Both the position numbers and the translations under genes were made by a program. Below the pieces are notes generated by a model that was not told where the DNA came from, made no database searches, and worked only from the letters and a program-made list of their open reading frames with translations. A stretch of 64,000 bases of DNA. It comes from Minisyncoccota bacterium. GTDB lineage: Bacteria; Patescibacteriota; Minisyncoccia; Phycocordibacterales; CAIJYI01. Location: the NCBI GenBank assembly GCA_023229825.1, contig JALNYN010000007.1:2596-66595 (forward strand), written 5' to 3'. Below are positions 1 to 10,411 of this stretch, piece after piece (position 1 is the stretch's first letter; each line of letters starts with the position of its first letter).

Positions 1-630
1 GGTTTCGTATAAGATAACGGGAGTTACGTTGGCAAAGCCTGTTATGTGATCGCTCGCAAATCGGAGCGCTTCATTTATCAGTGTTTCCTGCAAAGTGATA
101 TCTTGTATTTCTTCGTCAAACAGTGTACGTATGGCTACATGCCCGATGCAATAATGGGTTGTTTCGGGAGACATGTTCTCTGCCGCAAAATCTCTCGCAA
201 TGTCCGTTACTTCGGGAGTGAAATCCGTCATGGCATTTTCTTCCGAACGGATCCTCACGAAATAATCGCGATAGGGCTGCCAAACCATAAGTCCGAAATC
301 AGTATCATCGGATACGGTTTTTGCACGGTCGCTGCGGAGTGAATTGACCGGAATGCCGCCTTTGCAAAAATTTGCGAAGACTTGCGCGTACCGGTTCGTT
401 TTTTCCGCAAGGCCGATGCCTTTGATAAACGTATTCGGGTTAGGCATCACCGAAGGTGCGCCGTTCGGCATGAAGACAGGCTGACTCGCGTTCGTTACCG
501 GGGCGTAATTGATCCCGCCCGTAGTTGCCGTAGCGCCCGCCCCCGCGTTCGTCTCAATGTTTTGGTCGGCAAAAGCGCTAAACGCAACAGCAAACCATAA
601 ACACAGTACAATCAACAGATTTTTTTTCAT
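1..630 (-). CDS. Hypothetical secreted protein, runs off the left edge of the window
   Basis: Not in the ORF track. ATG at 630; read manually as MKKNLLIVLCLWFAVAFSAFADQNIETNAG..., with a signal peptide and an open frame to the edge. Confidence 0.7.
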   Translation of the reverse strand, partial: MKKNLLIVLCLWFAVAFSAFADQNIETNAGAGATATTGGINYAPVTNASQPVFMPNGAPSVMPNPNTFIKGIGLAEKTNRYAQVFANFCKGGIPVNSLRSDRAKTVSDDTDFGLMVWQPYRDYFVRIRSEENAMTDFTPEVTDIARDFAAENMSPETTHYCIGHVAIRTLFDEEIQDITLQETLINEALRFASDHITGFANVTPVILYET

Positions 631-710
631 GTATTACTCGCTTTTTCAGTTCAGAAATAAAAGGGAGAAGGGGGGAACCCCCTTCTCAATTATCGGTTTA
701 TTGCGGACGA

Positions 711-1244
711 TTAGTGGTGAACAGCCATATCGAGCCAAACCTTTCCGCCGTTTTCACCGGCAGAATGGGTCAGGTCGACCGCTTTATCAAAAGAAACAGC
801 CGCAGCCTCTCCTTGGATATATATCGGGTCGATCCAGCCGTTCAACATCGTTTTACCTTGTACTTTTGTTAAGCTGTGGTTTATTGTTCCTTGCGGAGTT
901 ATGTTGGCGATTTGCGCTGTTCCGGCTTCGCCGGTTACATGTTTCGCATTGAGAGAGAGATCAACACCTCCTACAACACCGCTTTGTGCGGCAATAGAAC
1001 CGGAACCTTGGGCAAAAGTGCCCGCCATTCCGGTGGTTAATCCTTCCACTCCGTTTCCGCCTTTATAAATACCTGCGTTAATTTCCACTGAGTTGTGTGT
1101 TGCGACCTGCGAAGATTGTCCCAAAGCCGTAGCATAGGAGACACTTCCGCCGGAAATATTCACTGTCGACGTCCCATGTTCCCCATGCGCGAAAAGCGGA
1201 GAGGAAGACAGTAGGAGCGTTATTGCAATGAGAATACTTTTCAT
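711..1244 (-). CDS. Hypothetical secreted Gly-rich protein
   Basis: MKSILIAITLLLSSSPLFA signal peptide; AAAGGA upstream; hairpin at ~665-687 downstream. Confidence 0.7.
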   Translation of the reverse strand: MKSILIAITLLLSSSPLFAHGEHGTSTVNISGGSVSYATALGQSSQVATHNSVEINAGIYKGGNGVEGLTTGMAGTFAQGSGSIAAQSGVVGGVDLSLNAKHVTGEAGTAQIANITPQGTINHSLTKVQGKTMLNGWIDPIYIQGEAAAVSFDKAVDLTHSAGENGGKVWLDMAVHH

Positions 1245-1735
1245 TTTTTTTTCCTTTTCAAAGGTTGGTTGCAGAATTTGCCCGCGAAAACATTTTCTTG
1301 GACATGGTTTCCTTTGCGGATTACCGCAAGGATTTCTTGTTTTTGGCCGGATGGCCTTAAACAAAGATCGGTGTAATTTTTTCGCGTGTTCAACGAAAAA
1401 ATGCCTTGTTTTTACTGCATTTTATTGCATATGTAGATATTTTAATTTTCAAAGGACAATGCTTGTCAACACGAATATATGACTTTAGCAAGCACGTTTC
1501 GGTGTGTATTGTATCAAATAGGATAATATTTGTCAATACTAGCCTTCCAGAAAATCGCTATCCTTACTGAGTAAGCTATTCACTCATGAAAACAGCATGA
1601 AGTAAGAGCTTTACGGCAAGTCTTTTTCATGAACCCTTCATTCTGTCTCGTATACTGATGGATGGAGATCGATTTCCTCCCAGTCTGAGGAAAGTCATCA
1701 CTGATGTTTTAAAACAACAACCGGAGAAAAAAATT

Positions 1736-3577
1736 ATGTGTGGAATAGTTGGCGGCGTTTCAAATACGAACGTAATCCCCATCCTCATCGATGGGCTTGA
1801 ACGTCTTGAGTATCGCGGATATGATTCTGCCGGCGTGGCAGCCGTTACCCCCGAAGGTATTTCATGCCTTCGCCGCCTCGGCAAGATCGAGGTACTGAGG
1901 GAAGCGCTTGAAGAAAATCCAATGAGCGCACTCGCCGGCATTGTGCATACCAGATGGGCGACGCACGGAAAACCGTCGGAAAAAAATGCTCACCCGCACG
2001 TGTCGCAAGCGGCGATCGCGGTGGTGCACAACGGGATCATCGAAAATCACGTGGCGCTTCGTGCTGTGCTCCGGGAAAAAGCTTATGAGTTTTCTTCGGA
2101 CACGGACACCGAAGTGATCGCGCATCTCGTGAACGAGCAGTGGAAGGGAGGAGGTTCTCTTTTATCGGCCGTGCAAAACGCGGTACAAGAACTTGAAGGC
2201 GCGTATTCCATTGCCGTCATCAGCAAGAACGATCCTGAAAATATCGTGGCGGTACGAATGAAAAGCCCGCTCGTTATCGGTATAGGAAAGAACGGAAATT
2301 TTGTGGCTTCGGACGTGTCGGCGCTTATTTCCATCACGAATCAATTCGTATATCTGGAAGACGGCGATGTGGCCGACATTTATCAGGCGCACTTCGTCGT
2401 GTATGATAAGACCGGAAAAAAAGTCGAACGTCCGATCAAAGTGAGCGATCTTTCACCGGAAGATGTCAGCCGGGGCGGATTTCTCCACTTCATGCAAAAA
2501 GAGATACACGAGCAGCCGGATGCGGTGTCTCGAGTACTCGACGGCCGGGTGAAAGACGGAAAAGTTTTGATCGAGGAAGCTTTCGGAAACAAAGCGGCGA
2601 AAATATTCGCCCGAACGGAAGCGGTCCAGATCATCGCGTGCGGCACCAGCCACTATTCTTCTCTCGTTGCTCGGTATTGGATGGAGATGGAGTCGCTTGC
2701 GGATATACCATGTCATGTGGATGTCGCGAGCGAGTGGCGTTATCGTAATCCGCGGCTGCATTCGCGCACGCTGTACGTATTCATCTCTCAATCGGGAGAA
2801 ACCGCGGACACGCTCGCCTGTCTCAACATGGTAAAAGAGGGAAAACCGGAGGCGCATACCATCACGATATGCAACGTGCCGGAAAGTTCCATGACGCGCG
2901 AAGCGGAGTTGACCTTTTTAACAAAAGCGGGAGCGGAGATCGGAGTGGCATCGACGAAAGCGTTTACCACGCAGCTCGCGGCGCTCATGCTGCTTACGCT
3001 CGCCCTTGGACGCACGCGCGGAATGACGGCAAAAAAAGAAGCTGAGGTTATCGTTTCGCTTCTCACGGTTCCCGAAAAATTGCGCGAGGCGCTCTTGCTC
3101 GATGGAGAGCTCCGGCTGCTCGCGCCGGGATTTGGAAAGAAAGAACATGCGCTCTATCTCGGACGCGGATCGGAATATCCGATCGCGCTCGAAGGATCGC
3201 TGAAGATGAAAGAAATTTCTTACATTCACGCGGAAGGATATCCGGCGGGAGAATTAAAACACGGACCGCTCGCGCTCGTCAATGAAGAGATGCCGGTCAT
3301 CGCCGTCGCTCCGAATGACGTCCTTGTTGAAAAATTACAGTCGAACCTTAAGGAGGTTCGCGCCAGAAACGGACAATTATTTATTTTTGCATCTCCTGAT
3401 GTGAAGATCGATCTCGATGAAGGTACGACGGTTATCGCACTGCCTCGCGTTGACGAGCTGGTAGCGCCGATCGTTTATGTAGTTCCTTTACAGTTGCTTG
3501 CCTACCACGTTGCCGTAGCGCGCGGCAATAATGTAGACCAGCCGAGAAATTTGGCAAAATCAGTAACGGTGGAATAG
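1736..3577 (+). CDS. glmS: Glutamine--fructose-6-phosphate aminotransferase (isomerizing)
   Basis: N-terminal MCGIVG (Ntn Cys), LEYRGYDSAG, HTRWATHG, SQSGETADT, C-terminal PRNLAKSVTVE. Confidence 0.98.
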   Translation: MCGIVGGVSNTNVIPILIDGLERLEYRGYDSAGVAAVTPEGISCLRRLGKIEVLREALEENPMSALAGIVHTRWATHGKPSEKNAHPHVSQAAIAVVHNGIIENHVALRAVLREKAYEFSSDTDTEVIAHLVNEQWKGGGSLLSAVQNAVQELEGAYSIAVISKNDPENIVAVRMKSPLVIGIGKNGNFVASDVSALISITNQFVYLEDGDVADIYQAHFVVYDKTGKKVERPIKVSDLSPEDVSRGGFLHFMQKEIHEQPDAVSRVLDGRVKDGKVLIEEAFGNKAAKIFARTEAVQIIACGTSHYSSLVARYWMEMESLADIPCHVDVASEWRYRNPRLHSRTLYVFISQSGETADTLACLNMVKEGKPEAHTITICNVPESSMTREAELTFLTKAGAEIGVASTKAFTTQLAALMLLTLALGRTRGMTAKKEAEVIVSLLTVPEKLREALLLDGELRLLAPGFGKKEHALYLGRGSEYPIALEGSLKMKEISYIHAEGYPAGELKHGPLALVNEEMPVIAVAPNDVLVEKLQSNLKEVRARNGQLFIFASPDVKIDLDEGTTVIALPRVDELVAPIVYVVPLQLLAYHVAVARGNNVDQPRNLAKSVTVE

Positions 3578-3583
3578 AAACTC

Positions 3584-3617
3584 AACCGTCAGTGAAAATT
3601 CACTGACGGTTTTTTTT
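3584..3617 (+). terminator. Intrinsic terminator after glmS
   Basis: AACCGTCAGTGAA-aa-TTCACTGACGGTT followed by a T tract. Confidence 0.85.
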
Positions 3618-3632
3618 GAAAAATATCGTTTT

Positions 3633-3708
3633 CGTCATTCCGGGCCGCGACCCGGAATCCACGTTTGTCGCGCACACTCTGGATTCCGGGTCGTAGCCCG
3701 GAATGACG
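3633..3708. repeat. GTCATTCC-type palindromic repeat doublet (REP-like)
   Basis: CGTCATTCCGGGCCGCGACCCGGAATCCAC ... GGATTCCGGGTCGTAGCCCGGAATGACG; the same family recurs throughout the window. Confidence 0.9.
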
Positions 3709-3732
3709 GTATGGTGAGCGGTCACACTACGA

Positions 3733-4467
3733 TCATTTTTTCGGAAAGAATGCCGATTCTTTTTTGCTCACTTTGATCGATGTTTCAAGAAGCGACTCGA
3801 TCGTTCCCGCATCGTACCAATCGCCTTTCACGACAAAAAACTCCATCATGCCAGCATCAACATATTGATTCACCGCGTCGGTGACTTCGAGCTCTCCTCT
3901 TTTTGACGGCGTTAATTTTTTTATGAATGAGAAGATGCGGCTGTCGAAAAAATACAAACCGGTCTGCGCAAAATCCGACTTCGGTTTTTTCGGCTTCTCC
4001 TCGATCCGTACGATCTTCTTTCCTGTTCTGTCGAAAACTGGGACGCCGTACCGTTCCGGGTCTTTTACTTTTTTCAAAAAAATTCTCGCGCCGTCGGTAA
4101 AGGTTTCCGCCGATCTCGAAAAATCATCTTCAAAAATATTGTCCCCCAGAATAACAGCGACGTTTTCATTGTCCGAAAAATCCTCTGCGCACGAAAGCGC
4201 GTCGGCGATACCGGCATTGTTTTTATCTTGCACGGCAAAAGAAAGTTTCACTCCGCTTTCTTTTCCGGAACCGAGAAAATTGATGAAGTGTCCGACATGT
4301 TCGCGTCCGCAGACGATCATGATCTCGGTGATCCCCGCGCGCCGAAGGGTTTCAATAGGGTAGGAGATCATCGGCCGGCCGTATACCGGCAGGAGATGTT
4401 TGTTGGTGATGAGCGTCAGAGGACGAAGGCGCGTGCCAAGCCCTCCCGCAAGTACGATCCCTTTCAT
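3733..4467 (-). CDS. rfbA: Glucose-1-phosphate thymidylyltransferase (RfbA/SpsI-like)
   Basis: MKGIVLAGGLGTRLRPLT, NKHLLPVY, EEKP, RGELEVTD, DAGT; adjacent to rfbB. Confidence 0.9.
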   Translation of the reverse strand: MKGIVLAGGLGTRLRPLTLITNKHLLPVYGRPMISYPIETLRRAGITEIMIVCGREHVGHFINFLGSGKESGVKLSFAVQDKNNAGIADALSCAEDFSDNENVAVILGDNIFEDDFSRSAETFTDGARIFLKKVKDPERYGVPVFDRTGKKIVRIEEKPKKPKSDFAQTGLYFFDSRIFSFIKKLTPSKRGELEVTDAVNQYVDAGMMEFFVVKGDWYDAGTIESLLETSIKVSKKESAFFPKK

Positions 4468-4472
4468 AAAAA

Positions 4473-5528
4473 TTATTTTATTTTTTTATTCCGCTTAATT
4501 TTTTGAGTAATGTGCGTATTAAAACCGGAGGTTTTTTTTCGTATCGCGCGGAGCCATTTTTCATTCGACAAGTACCAGCCGATCGTTTCCCGGAACGCTT
4601 TTTCAAAATCATATTCCGGAACCCAGCCGAGTTCCCGGCGAATTTTTGAACTGTCGATCGCGTATCGCCGGTCATGTCCGGGACGATCCGCCACAAATTC
4701 GAGGTGAGAATCATTCCGCTTGAAATACGAAAGGATCATGCGGGCGATAGTCAAGTTATCGAGTTCCGTATCTGCGCCGATACCGTAAGTTTCTCCGGGA
4801 ATTCCTCGAATAAGGCAAAGCTCAAGCGCACGGCAATGATCCATGACATATATCCAGTCGCGCACATTTTTTCCGTCGCCGTATATCGGCAGCTTCTTAT
4901 TCTCCATCATGCGGGTAATACAGAAGGGTATTAATTTTTCCGGATATTGATTCGGCCCGTAATTATTGGAACAGTGCGTGACGACAACCGGAATTTTCCA
5001 TGTCGAGAAATAGGAGCGACACAAAAGATCACCGCCCGCTTTGGTGGCAGCGTAGGGAGTATTCGGAGCAAAAACAGTTGTCTCCTCGAATTTTTGTTTA
5101 GAGCCGAGCGGTAAGCTGCCGAACACTTCATCGGTGCTGACCTCGACATATTTGAGGATTTTTTTTGATTCCTTTACCGATTCCAGAATATTGAATACTC
5201 CTTCCACATTCGTGCGGACGAACTCAAGCGCTTCGCCGTGCACGCTTCGATCGACGTGAGTTTCTGCGGCAAAGTTTATGACAAAGTCAGGTTTGTATTC
5301 GGAAAAAACGGAGCGCACGTGTTTTTGATCTGCAATATCTCCTTTACTGAAAGAATATCGTTTGTCTTTGCTTACGTCTTTTACATTTTCCAAATTTCCG
5401 GAATAGGTGAGTTTATCGAAATTCACCGCTTTCACTTTTGGATATTTTGACAGGATAAGGCGAATAAAATTGGACCCGATAAATCCGGCTCCCCCAAAAA
5501 CAAGGACGGTTTTGCGATTGAGATCCAT
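4473..5528 (-). CDS. rfbB: dTDP-glucose 4,6-dehydratase
   Basis: GGAGFIGSNF, AAETHVDRS, STDEV, YAATK, YPEKLIP, DRPGHDRRYA. Confidence 0.96.
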   Translation of the reverse strand: MDLNRKTVLVFGGAGFIGSNFIRLILSKYPKVKAVNFDKLTYSGNLENVKDVSKDKRYSFSKGDIADQKHVRSVFSEYKPDFVINFAAETHVDRSVHGEALEFVRTNVEGVFNILESVKESKKILKYVEVSTDEVFGSLPLGSKQKFEETTVFAPNTPYAATKAGGDLLCRSYFSTWKIPVVVTHCSNNYGPNQYPEKLIPFCITRMMENKKLPIYGDGKNVRDWIYVMDHCRALELCLIRGIPGETYGIGADTELDNLTIARMILSYFKRNDSHLEFVADRPGHDRRYAIDSSKIRRELGWVPEYDFEKAFRETIGWYLSNEKWLRAIRKKTSGFNTHITQKIKRNKKIK

Positions 5529-5586
5529 TTTGTTGGTTTAAGATAAACGATAATAGAGTTCTTTCAAAAGTTATGTCATTTATTCT

Positions 5587-5659
5587 GTCATTCCGGACTT
5601 GATCCGGAATCCACGTCCTGTGATATAACGTGGATCCCGGGTCGCTGCCCGGGATGACG
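5587..5659. repeat. GTCATTCC-type palindromic repeat doublet
   Basis: GTCATTCCGGACTTGATCCGGAATCCACGT ... ACGTGGATCCCGGGTCGCTGCCCGGGATGACG. Confidence 0.9.
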
Positions 5660-5759
5660 ACGGGCGACTTTTTAAAGAGATCTAATATACGCGTATCATA
5701 TCCCATTATATTTTACAATGCAAAAAAAACGGGAGGGTGTTAAACCCTCCCGCGTGACA

Positions 5760-6953
5760 TTAGTGGTTCAATTGCATAGCAAGATTTTCCATATCTTTAC
5801 TCGCACTCTGCAGCGCCAATGCCAGAGGACTGCAATTTGAGGGAGAAAATGTCGTTTCGTTCACCACAAGGATCGGATCCTTGAGGTAAGCGGTGTTGGT
5901 TTCAATACGCTGTATGACTCGGGCAAACAATTCATTGGCGCTCTTTGATGCAACGGCTTTTCTCGCATCAACGCGAAGCGCCTTGAGCACTTGAACGGCA
6001 GTATATAAACTTCCTTGTCCGTGGTAATAGGCGTTATCCATCTCATTCCATGATATGTTTTCCGGAGCATTATCTTGTCTCGCAGACTTTCCAGATGAAT
6101 CCTCATGTGTCGACAAAAGAGGAATCCTTGTTTTTTCGACAGACTCAAGCCTTCGTGCCGAGTTTGCCAGTACCGCCGCCATAGTCTTCAGGAGTTCGCC
6201 TGAATTATAGGTGGTCGGATAAATATGTGCCTTTCCTTTTTCTAAAGAGAATCGGAAAGCTTTAATCGCATTTAAACCATCTTTATAGACTCCTTCGGTT
6301 CTTGGAAATGCCCAGCTGTCGGAATCCCAAGCAAATTTATTATATGCTCTTTCTATGAACGGATTAAACGCATCATTTTTTCCGTTTTTCGTAAAGTTAT
6401 CGCGCATTTCCTGCAGAACGAAACGGACCATTTGGAGCTGCCCGATCTGAAAGTTCCGCGGATTGTCTACTCCGAATATCCCTGTTTTTGATGAGGCCCA
6501 AGGAAGGTCGTTATCCTGCCAATTCACTATCATTTCACTGGTTATACTTATCATCGTATCCGCTAACGCCGTGCCCTGATTTTCGTTGTACTCCGCCAAT
6601 TGCTGAGACGATTCAATGGGCATTACGTTGGGTATTTCTTTGGGATAGATGACGCTGGTGTAATTATACGCATACGTACCGACCCAAACCGCGGGGTAGG
6701 TGGACCAAAGGGGACCGAGGACAAGCGCTATAAGGATGATGACCGCCGGAATTCCCGCCAATAAATAGCGATATTTCCAGTCTGCTGCTCCATTATGCCA
6801 CCAGTGCCAAAATGGCGATATTTGTTTCCATGGCCACTTGATCATCCTCCAGAGGAGGTGAAAGGTCGCACCGTATAAGAAATGAATAGTTCGACTCATA
6901 TGGCCTTTTTTGGCGGCAAGGGAGCCTGTTTGTGGGGCTGTCTTTTCTGTCAT
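5760..6953 (-). CDS. DUF2333-like membrane-anchored protein
   Basis: WQDNDLPW, DNPRNFQIG, SWAFPRTEGVY and DNAYYHGQG resemble DUF2333; one TM helix; GAGGTG RBS before ATG 6953. Confidence 0.7.
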   Translation of the reverse strand: MTEKTAPQTGSLAAKKGHMSRTIHFLYGATFHLLWRMIKWPWKQISPFWHWWHNGAADWKYRYLLAGIPAVIILIALVLGPLWSTYPAVWVGTYAYNYTSVIYPKEIPNVMPIESSQQLAEYNENQGTALADTMISITSEMIVNWQDNDLPWASSKTGIFGVDNPRNFQIGQLQMVRFVLQEMRDNFTKNGKNDAFNPFIERAYNKFAWDSDSWAFPRTEGVYKDGLNAIKAFRFSLEKGKAHIYPTTYNSGELLKTMAAVLANSARRLESVEKTRIPLLSTHEDSSGKSARQDNAPENISWNEMDNAYYHGQGSLYTAVQVLKALRVDARKAVASKSANELFARVIQRIETNTAYLKDPILVVNETTFSPSNCSPLALALQSASKDMENLAMQLNH

Positions 6954-7142
6954 TTTCGCACCTCGCTTCATTGTTTCAAAAAACTATCTCCGACTTATTC
7001 TATACCATAGAATATAAAAAAAAGGAAGCCGACAACTTGACTTTTTTATAAAAATGGTGTATAATGAAGCCGTTTAATTAATACACAAAAAATGGTGTAA
7101 TTGTTCCGATCAAAAGGGCGTTATTTACGCAAGACTTATTTT

Positions 7143-9047
7143 ATGACTGAGCCTTTACCAAAACATCAATTCAATATTCCAACGCTGAAAAAAGCATTGA
7201 TATGGGGATTTTTTCTCATCCCGTTTTTCATTCTGAGCGTATACAACTATCCCGCTTTTCACAGTTTTGCCGACATGGCGACCGTCTTTATTGCGGGCAG
7301 CGTGTTTGTCGTCGTCTGGAACAGGCGGCACGTATTGGATAACCACTATTATCTCTTCGTCGGTATCGCTTTTGTTTTTTACGCCTTTCTGGACTTCATG
7401 CACCTGCTCGGCAATAAAGGAATAGGAATCTTTCCGGGATATGGCAATCTCGGCCCCACATTTTACATTGCCAGTCGATATCTGCTCGGCATTTCGCTTC
7501 TCCTTGCGCCGGCATTCATTAAGCGCAAAGTAAATGTTTTTGCCATGTTCAGCGTGTATTTGTTTGCCGCCACGCTGATCCTGCTTTCTGTTTTTTTGTG
7601 GCGCTCATTTCCGGCCACGTTTATAGAAGGGGTCGGATTGACTCCCTTTAAGATTTTCAGCGATTATCTCATTTGCGCCACGATACTCGGTGCCATTGCC
7701 GTATTATACTTGAATCGACGAGCATTCGATCCGAGGGTATTCCGTCTTTTCATTCACTCACTCCTTTTGTCCGTTGCATCCGGACTGGCTTTTACTTTTT
7801 ATGCGGATCCTTTCGATATAACCAACACGATCGGGCACGTATTTCAGGTCGCGTCGTTTTATCTGATCTATCGCGCATTCGTGGAAACGATCCTGAATAA
7901 GCCTCAGGATATTTTGTACCGCAGCTTGAGAATGAGCGCTGAAGAAAATTTAAAACTTAATACCAAACTGAAAAATACAAATTTCTATCTGAAGCAGAAA
8001 GAAGCCGAGCTTCGCGAAGCTCAGCGTATCGCGCATATCGGAAGCTGGTCTTGGGATTCCGCGACGGATACGATGGCATGGTCGGATGAATTTCTCCGTA
8101 TTTACGGTTTTGATCCGGAAACGGAAACCATGCCTGACTTTAAGGATCAAAGAGGGCGATGTTATCCGATACCGGACTGGGAACGCATAAACAGCGCCGC
8201 AAAAAATACTATAAAAACGGGAGTCGGTTATGAGATCGAAGTTCAGGCGTTCCGCAACGGCGTTCCGATATGGATCACTACGCGCGGCGAAGCGGTGCAC
8301 GATGACGCCGGAAAGGTTATCGGTCTTCGCGGAACGGTTCAAGATACCACGTATCGCAAGATGGGCGAAGAACGGCTCAGAAATTTTATTTCAGTTCTGG
8401 CTCATGAATTGCGCAATCCTTTGTCGCCGATCGTACTCGAAGTTGAAATGCTGAAAATGCGGGAAAATACTGATCGGGAGGTGAAGGAATCATACGAAGT
8501 AATAGAGCGGCAGGCCGCTAATATGACGAAACTGTTGAAAGAGCTTCTCGACGTCTCGCGCATAGAAAGAGGCAAGGTTGAGTTGAGTAAAAAAGACGTG
8601 GAATTATCAACGATCATCGAGGGTGCGGCGGAGGCTTCGAAACCGCTCATTACGAAAGCGAAACAGGAGCTGAAGATCACCATGCCGGAAGGATCGATGC
8701 TGATCCATGCAGATCAGCTGCGAGTGGGACAGATCATAACAAATCTGCTCAATAACGCCTCAAAATATTCGGAGGAAAATAAACTCATTGAGATGATCGT
8801 GGAAAAACTTGGCGATAAAGCCGTCATTAAGATCAAAGATTATGGGGTCGGAATTTCTACGGAAGCACAGAAAGATATCTTTGCACTCTTTTCTCAAAAT
8901 GAGACCATGAGCCGAGTGAAAGGAGGGCTTGGCGTCGGGTTGTATCTGTCGAGAGAACTTGCACAGCTTCATGGCGGTTCAATAACCGTCAAAAGCGCCG
9001 GTCTCGGAAAGGGAAGTGAATTCATTGTTACGCTGCCTCTTAAATGA
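7143..9047 (+). CDS. Membrane sensor histidine kinase (MASE3-like TM domain + PAS + HisKA + HATPase)
   Basis: Multi-TM N-terminus with FHSFAD, DFMHLL and GHVFQ; AQRIAHIGSWSWD PAS; LAHELRNPL H-box; NLLNNASKY, DYGVG, GLGVGL. Confidence 0.9.
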   Translation: MTEPLPKHQFNIPTLKKALIWGFFLIPFFILSVYNYPAFHSFADMATVFIAGSVFVVVWNRRHVLDNHYYLFVGIAFVFYAFLDFMHLLGNKGIGIFPGYGNLGPTFYIASRYLLGISLLLAPAFIKRKVNVFAMFSVYLFAATLILLSVFLWRSFPATFIEGVGLTPFKIFSDYLICATILGAIAVLYLNRRAFDPRVFRLFIHSLLLSVASGLAFTFYADPFDITNTIGHVFQVASFYLIYRAFVETILNKPQDILYRSLRMSAEENLKLNTKLKNTNFYLKQKEAELREAQRIAHIGSWSWDSATDTMAWSDEFLRIYGFDPETETMPDFKDQRGRCYPIPDWERINSAAKNTIKTGVGYEIEVQAFRNGVPIWITTRGEAVHDDAGKVIGLRGTVQDTTYRKMGEERLRNFISVLAHELRNPLSPIVLEVEMLKMRENTDREVKESYEVIERQAANMTKLLKELLDVSRIERGKVELSKKDVELSTIIEGAAEASKPLITKAKQELKITMPEGSMLIHADQLRVGQIITNLLNNASKYSEENKLIEMIVEKLGDKAVIKIKDYGVGISTEAQKDIFALFSQNETMSRVKGGLGVGLYLSRELAQLHGGSITVKSAGLGKGSEFIVTLPLK

Positions 9048-9107
9048 TCGATCTCTCATAAAAAAAATAACGTTTGGTAAAAACCAAACGTTATTTTTTT
9101 ATCAGCT

Positions 9108-9443
9108 TTATTTTGCGGCTGAATCAAAAAGAATGTTGATAAGCGATATCACGAGCCCGAAGAGGAGGGCGATAAGGAACGAACCCGGCACAAATCCCGG
9201 TACGATCGCTCCCGCGATCAAAACAAGAATGGTGTTGATAACGAGCGTAAAAAGCCCGAGGGTCATAATGTTCAACGGAAGCGTCAGCGCCAAAAGGACC
9301 GGCTTGACGAAAAGATTGAGCAGTCCGAGGACGACCGCTACGACGAAAGCGGTAAACCATCCGCTGACCATTACTCCGGGGATAAGATACGCTGCCACCA
9401 TGACCGCGATGGTATTGATCGCGAAATGAAAAAACATGTTCAT
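9108..9443 (-). CDS. Phage holin family 4 / YvlD-like membrane protein
   Basis: VLGLLNLFVKPVLLALTLPLNIMTLGLFTLVIN signature. Confidence 0.85.
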   Translation of the reverse strand: MNMFFHFAINTIAVMVAAYLIPGVMVSGWFTAFVVAVVLGLLNLFVKPVLLALTLPLNIMTLGLFTLVINTILVLIAGAIVPGFVPGSFLIALLFGLVISLINILFDSAAK

Positions 9444-9455
9444 AAAGTTAGTTTT

Positions 9456-9647
9456 TTATTTTTTATGTTTAACTTTTAATGGGATCGTGCTTCGCTTCGT
9501 CTTCGCGATCTTACGCAAATCCTTTTCGCTCATGGAACTCGCCATTTTTTTTGACGCTCCTTTAAGCTTTCTTTTTGATATTTGTCCGCGTTTCGCGGAC
9601 AGAGCCGCACCCGCGGCCATCTGTTGTTTTTTTGATCTTGCCGGCAT
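9456..9647 (-). CDS. DUF3008-like small basic protein
   Basis: MPARSKKQQMAAGAALSAKRG...LKGASKKM..SMSEKDL signature. Confidence 0.85.
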   Translation of the reverse strand: MPARSKKQQMAAGAALSAKRGQISKRKLKGASKKMASSMSEKDLRKIAKTKRSTIPLKVKHKK

Positions 9648-9741
9648 AGTACCTTTTATTACCGCCGGCTTATGAAATATTCATGAAAATAAAAAAAGCA
9701 GGCCGTTTGACCTGCTCCAAATTTTTATCATCTATACAATG

Positions 9742-9773
9742 CGTCATCCCGGGCCGCGACCCGGGATCCACGT
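9742..9773. repeat. Single GTCAT(T/C)CC repeat unit
   Basis: CGTCATCCCGGGCCGCGACCCGGGATCCACGT. Confidence 0.85.
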
Positions 9774-9779
9774 CGTGCT

Positions 9780-10334
9780 TCACCTTGCCGCAATTAACAT
9801 GAGATGAAGATCTTCGCAGCATAGACCAACATCTATAAATTCGTAGCGAACGTGCAGTTCTCCGCTGTCGATACATTCTACCAAACGGTGCGCTCTCTTT
9901 ATCTGGCACTGAAAGTATGCAGCCTGTTCCGCAGCAAAATCTCTTTCACTATCGCGCATTTTAGGATTGTTGCTGTATTTTGCTTCAAGATAGCCTTGGG
10001 CCCAATCGCTCATACGGGCAATGTGTGCGGCAAGAAGCGATCTTTTAAAAGAGCGGACAGCTTCTTTGTCGATCGCGTGGTTGATCACTGCTTGATATCG
10101 GCTTGTCGCGTCCTCCGTGCGTTGATCCTCTCCATTGGGCAAACGGATCGGATACGCCATCTCGGAACGGGTCACGGAGACGCGCATCTTGCTTTGGACG
10201 CGTCCGTCTTCTTCAGTGATCCCTCCCGTTGGATAACATTCTTGTTCCACGACAAGAGAATGGTCGAGCAAATGCAGGGTATCTAAATTGCGTTCCAGCT
10301 GCTCCGAAATAGTTTCCGGAATGTTTGTTTTCAT
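9780..10334 (-). CDS. Hypothetical protein
   Basis: GAGGTG RBS before ATG 10334 (MKTNIPET); no recognisable motif. Confidence 0.65.
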   Translation of the reverse strand: MKTNIPETISEQLERNLDTLHLLDHSLVVEQECYPTGGITEEDGRVQSKMRVSVTRSEMAYPIRLPNGEDQRTEDATSRYQAVINHAIDKEAVRSFKRSLLAAHIARMSDWAQGYLEAKYSNNPKMRDSERDFAAEQAAYFQCQIKRAHRLVECIDSGELHVRYEFIDVGLCCEDLHLMLIAAR

Positions 10335-10411
10335 GTTTTCACCTCGTTTTGTTGTTGAAATTCTGTTGCAGACTATATCATAGAAACAATTGTAAGTCAA
10401 GGTATCCGTTA

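Noticed and set aside
1560-1735. glmS ribozyme upstream of glmS
   Set aside because: The conserved AGCGCC...GACGAGG core is not visible.
5413-5706. ORF-track ORFs spanning palindromic repeats (also 43544-43807, 46799-47080, 46855-47037 and the 5' extensions of 9780-10460 and 37212-37826)
   Set aside because: The translations (WIPDQVRND, RHSGLDPES) are read-throughs of the repeat family and lack start signals.
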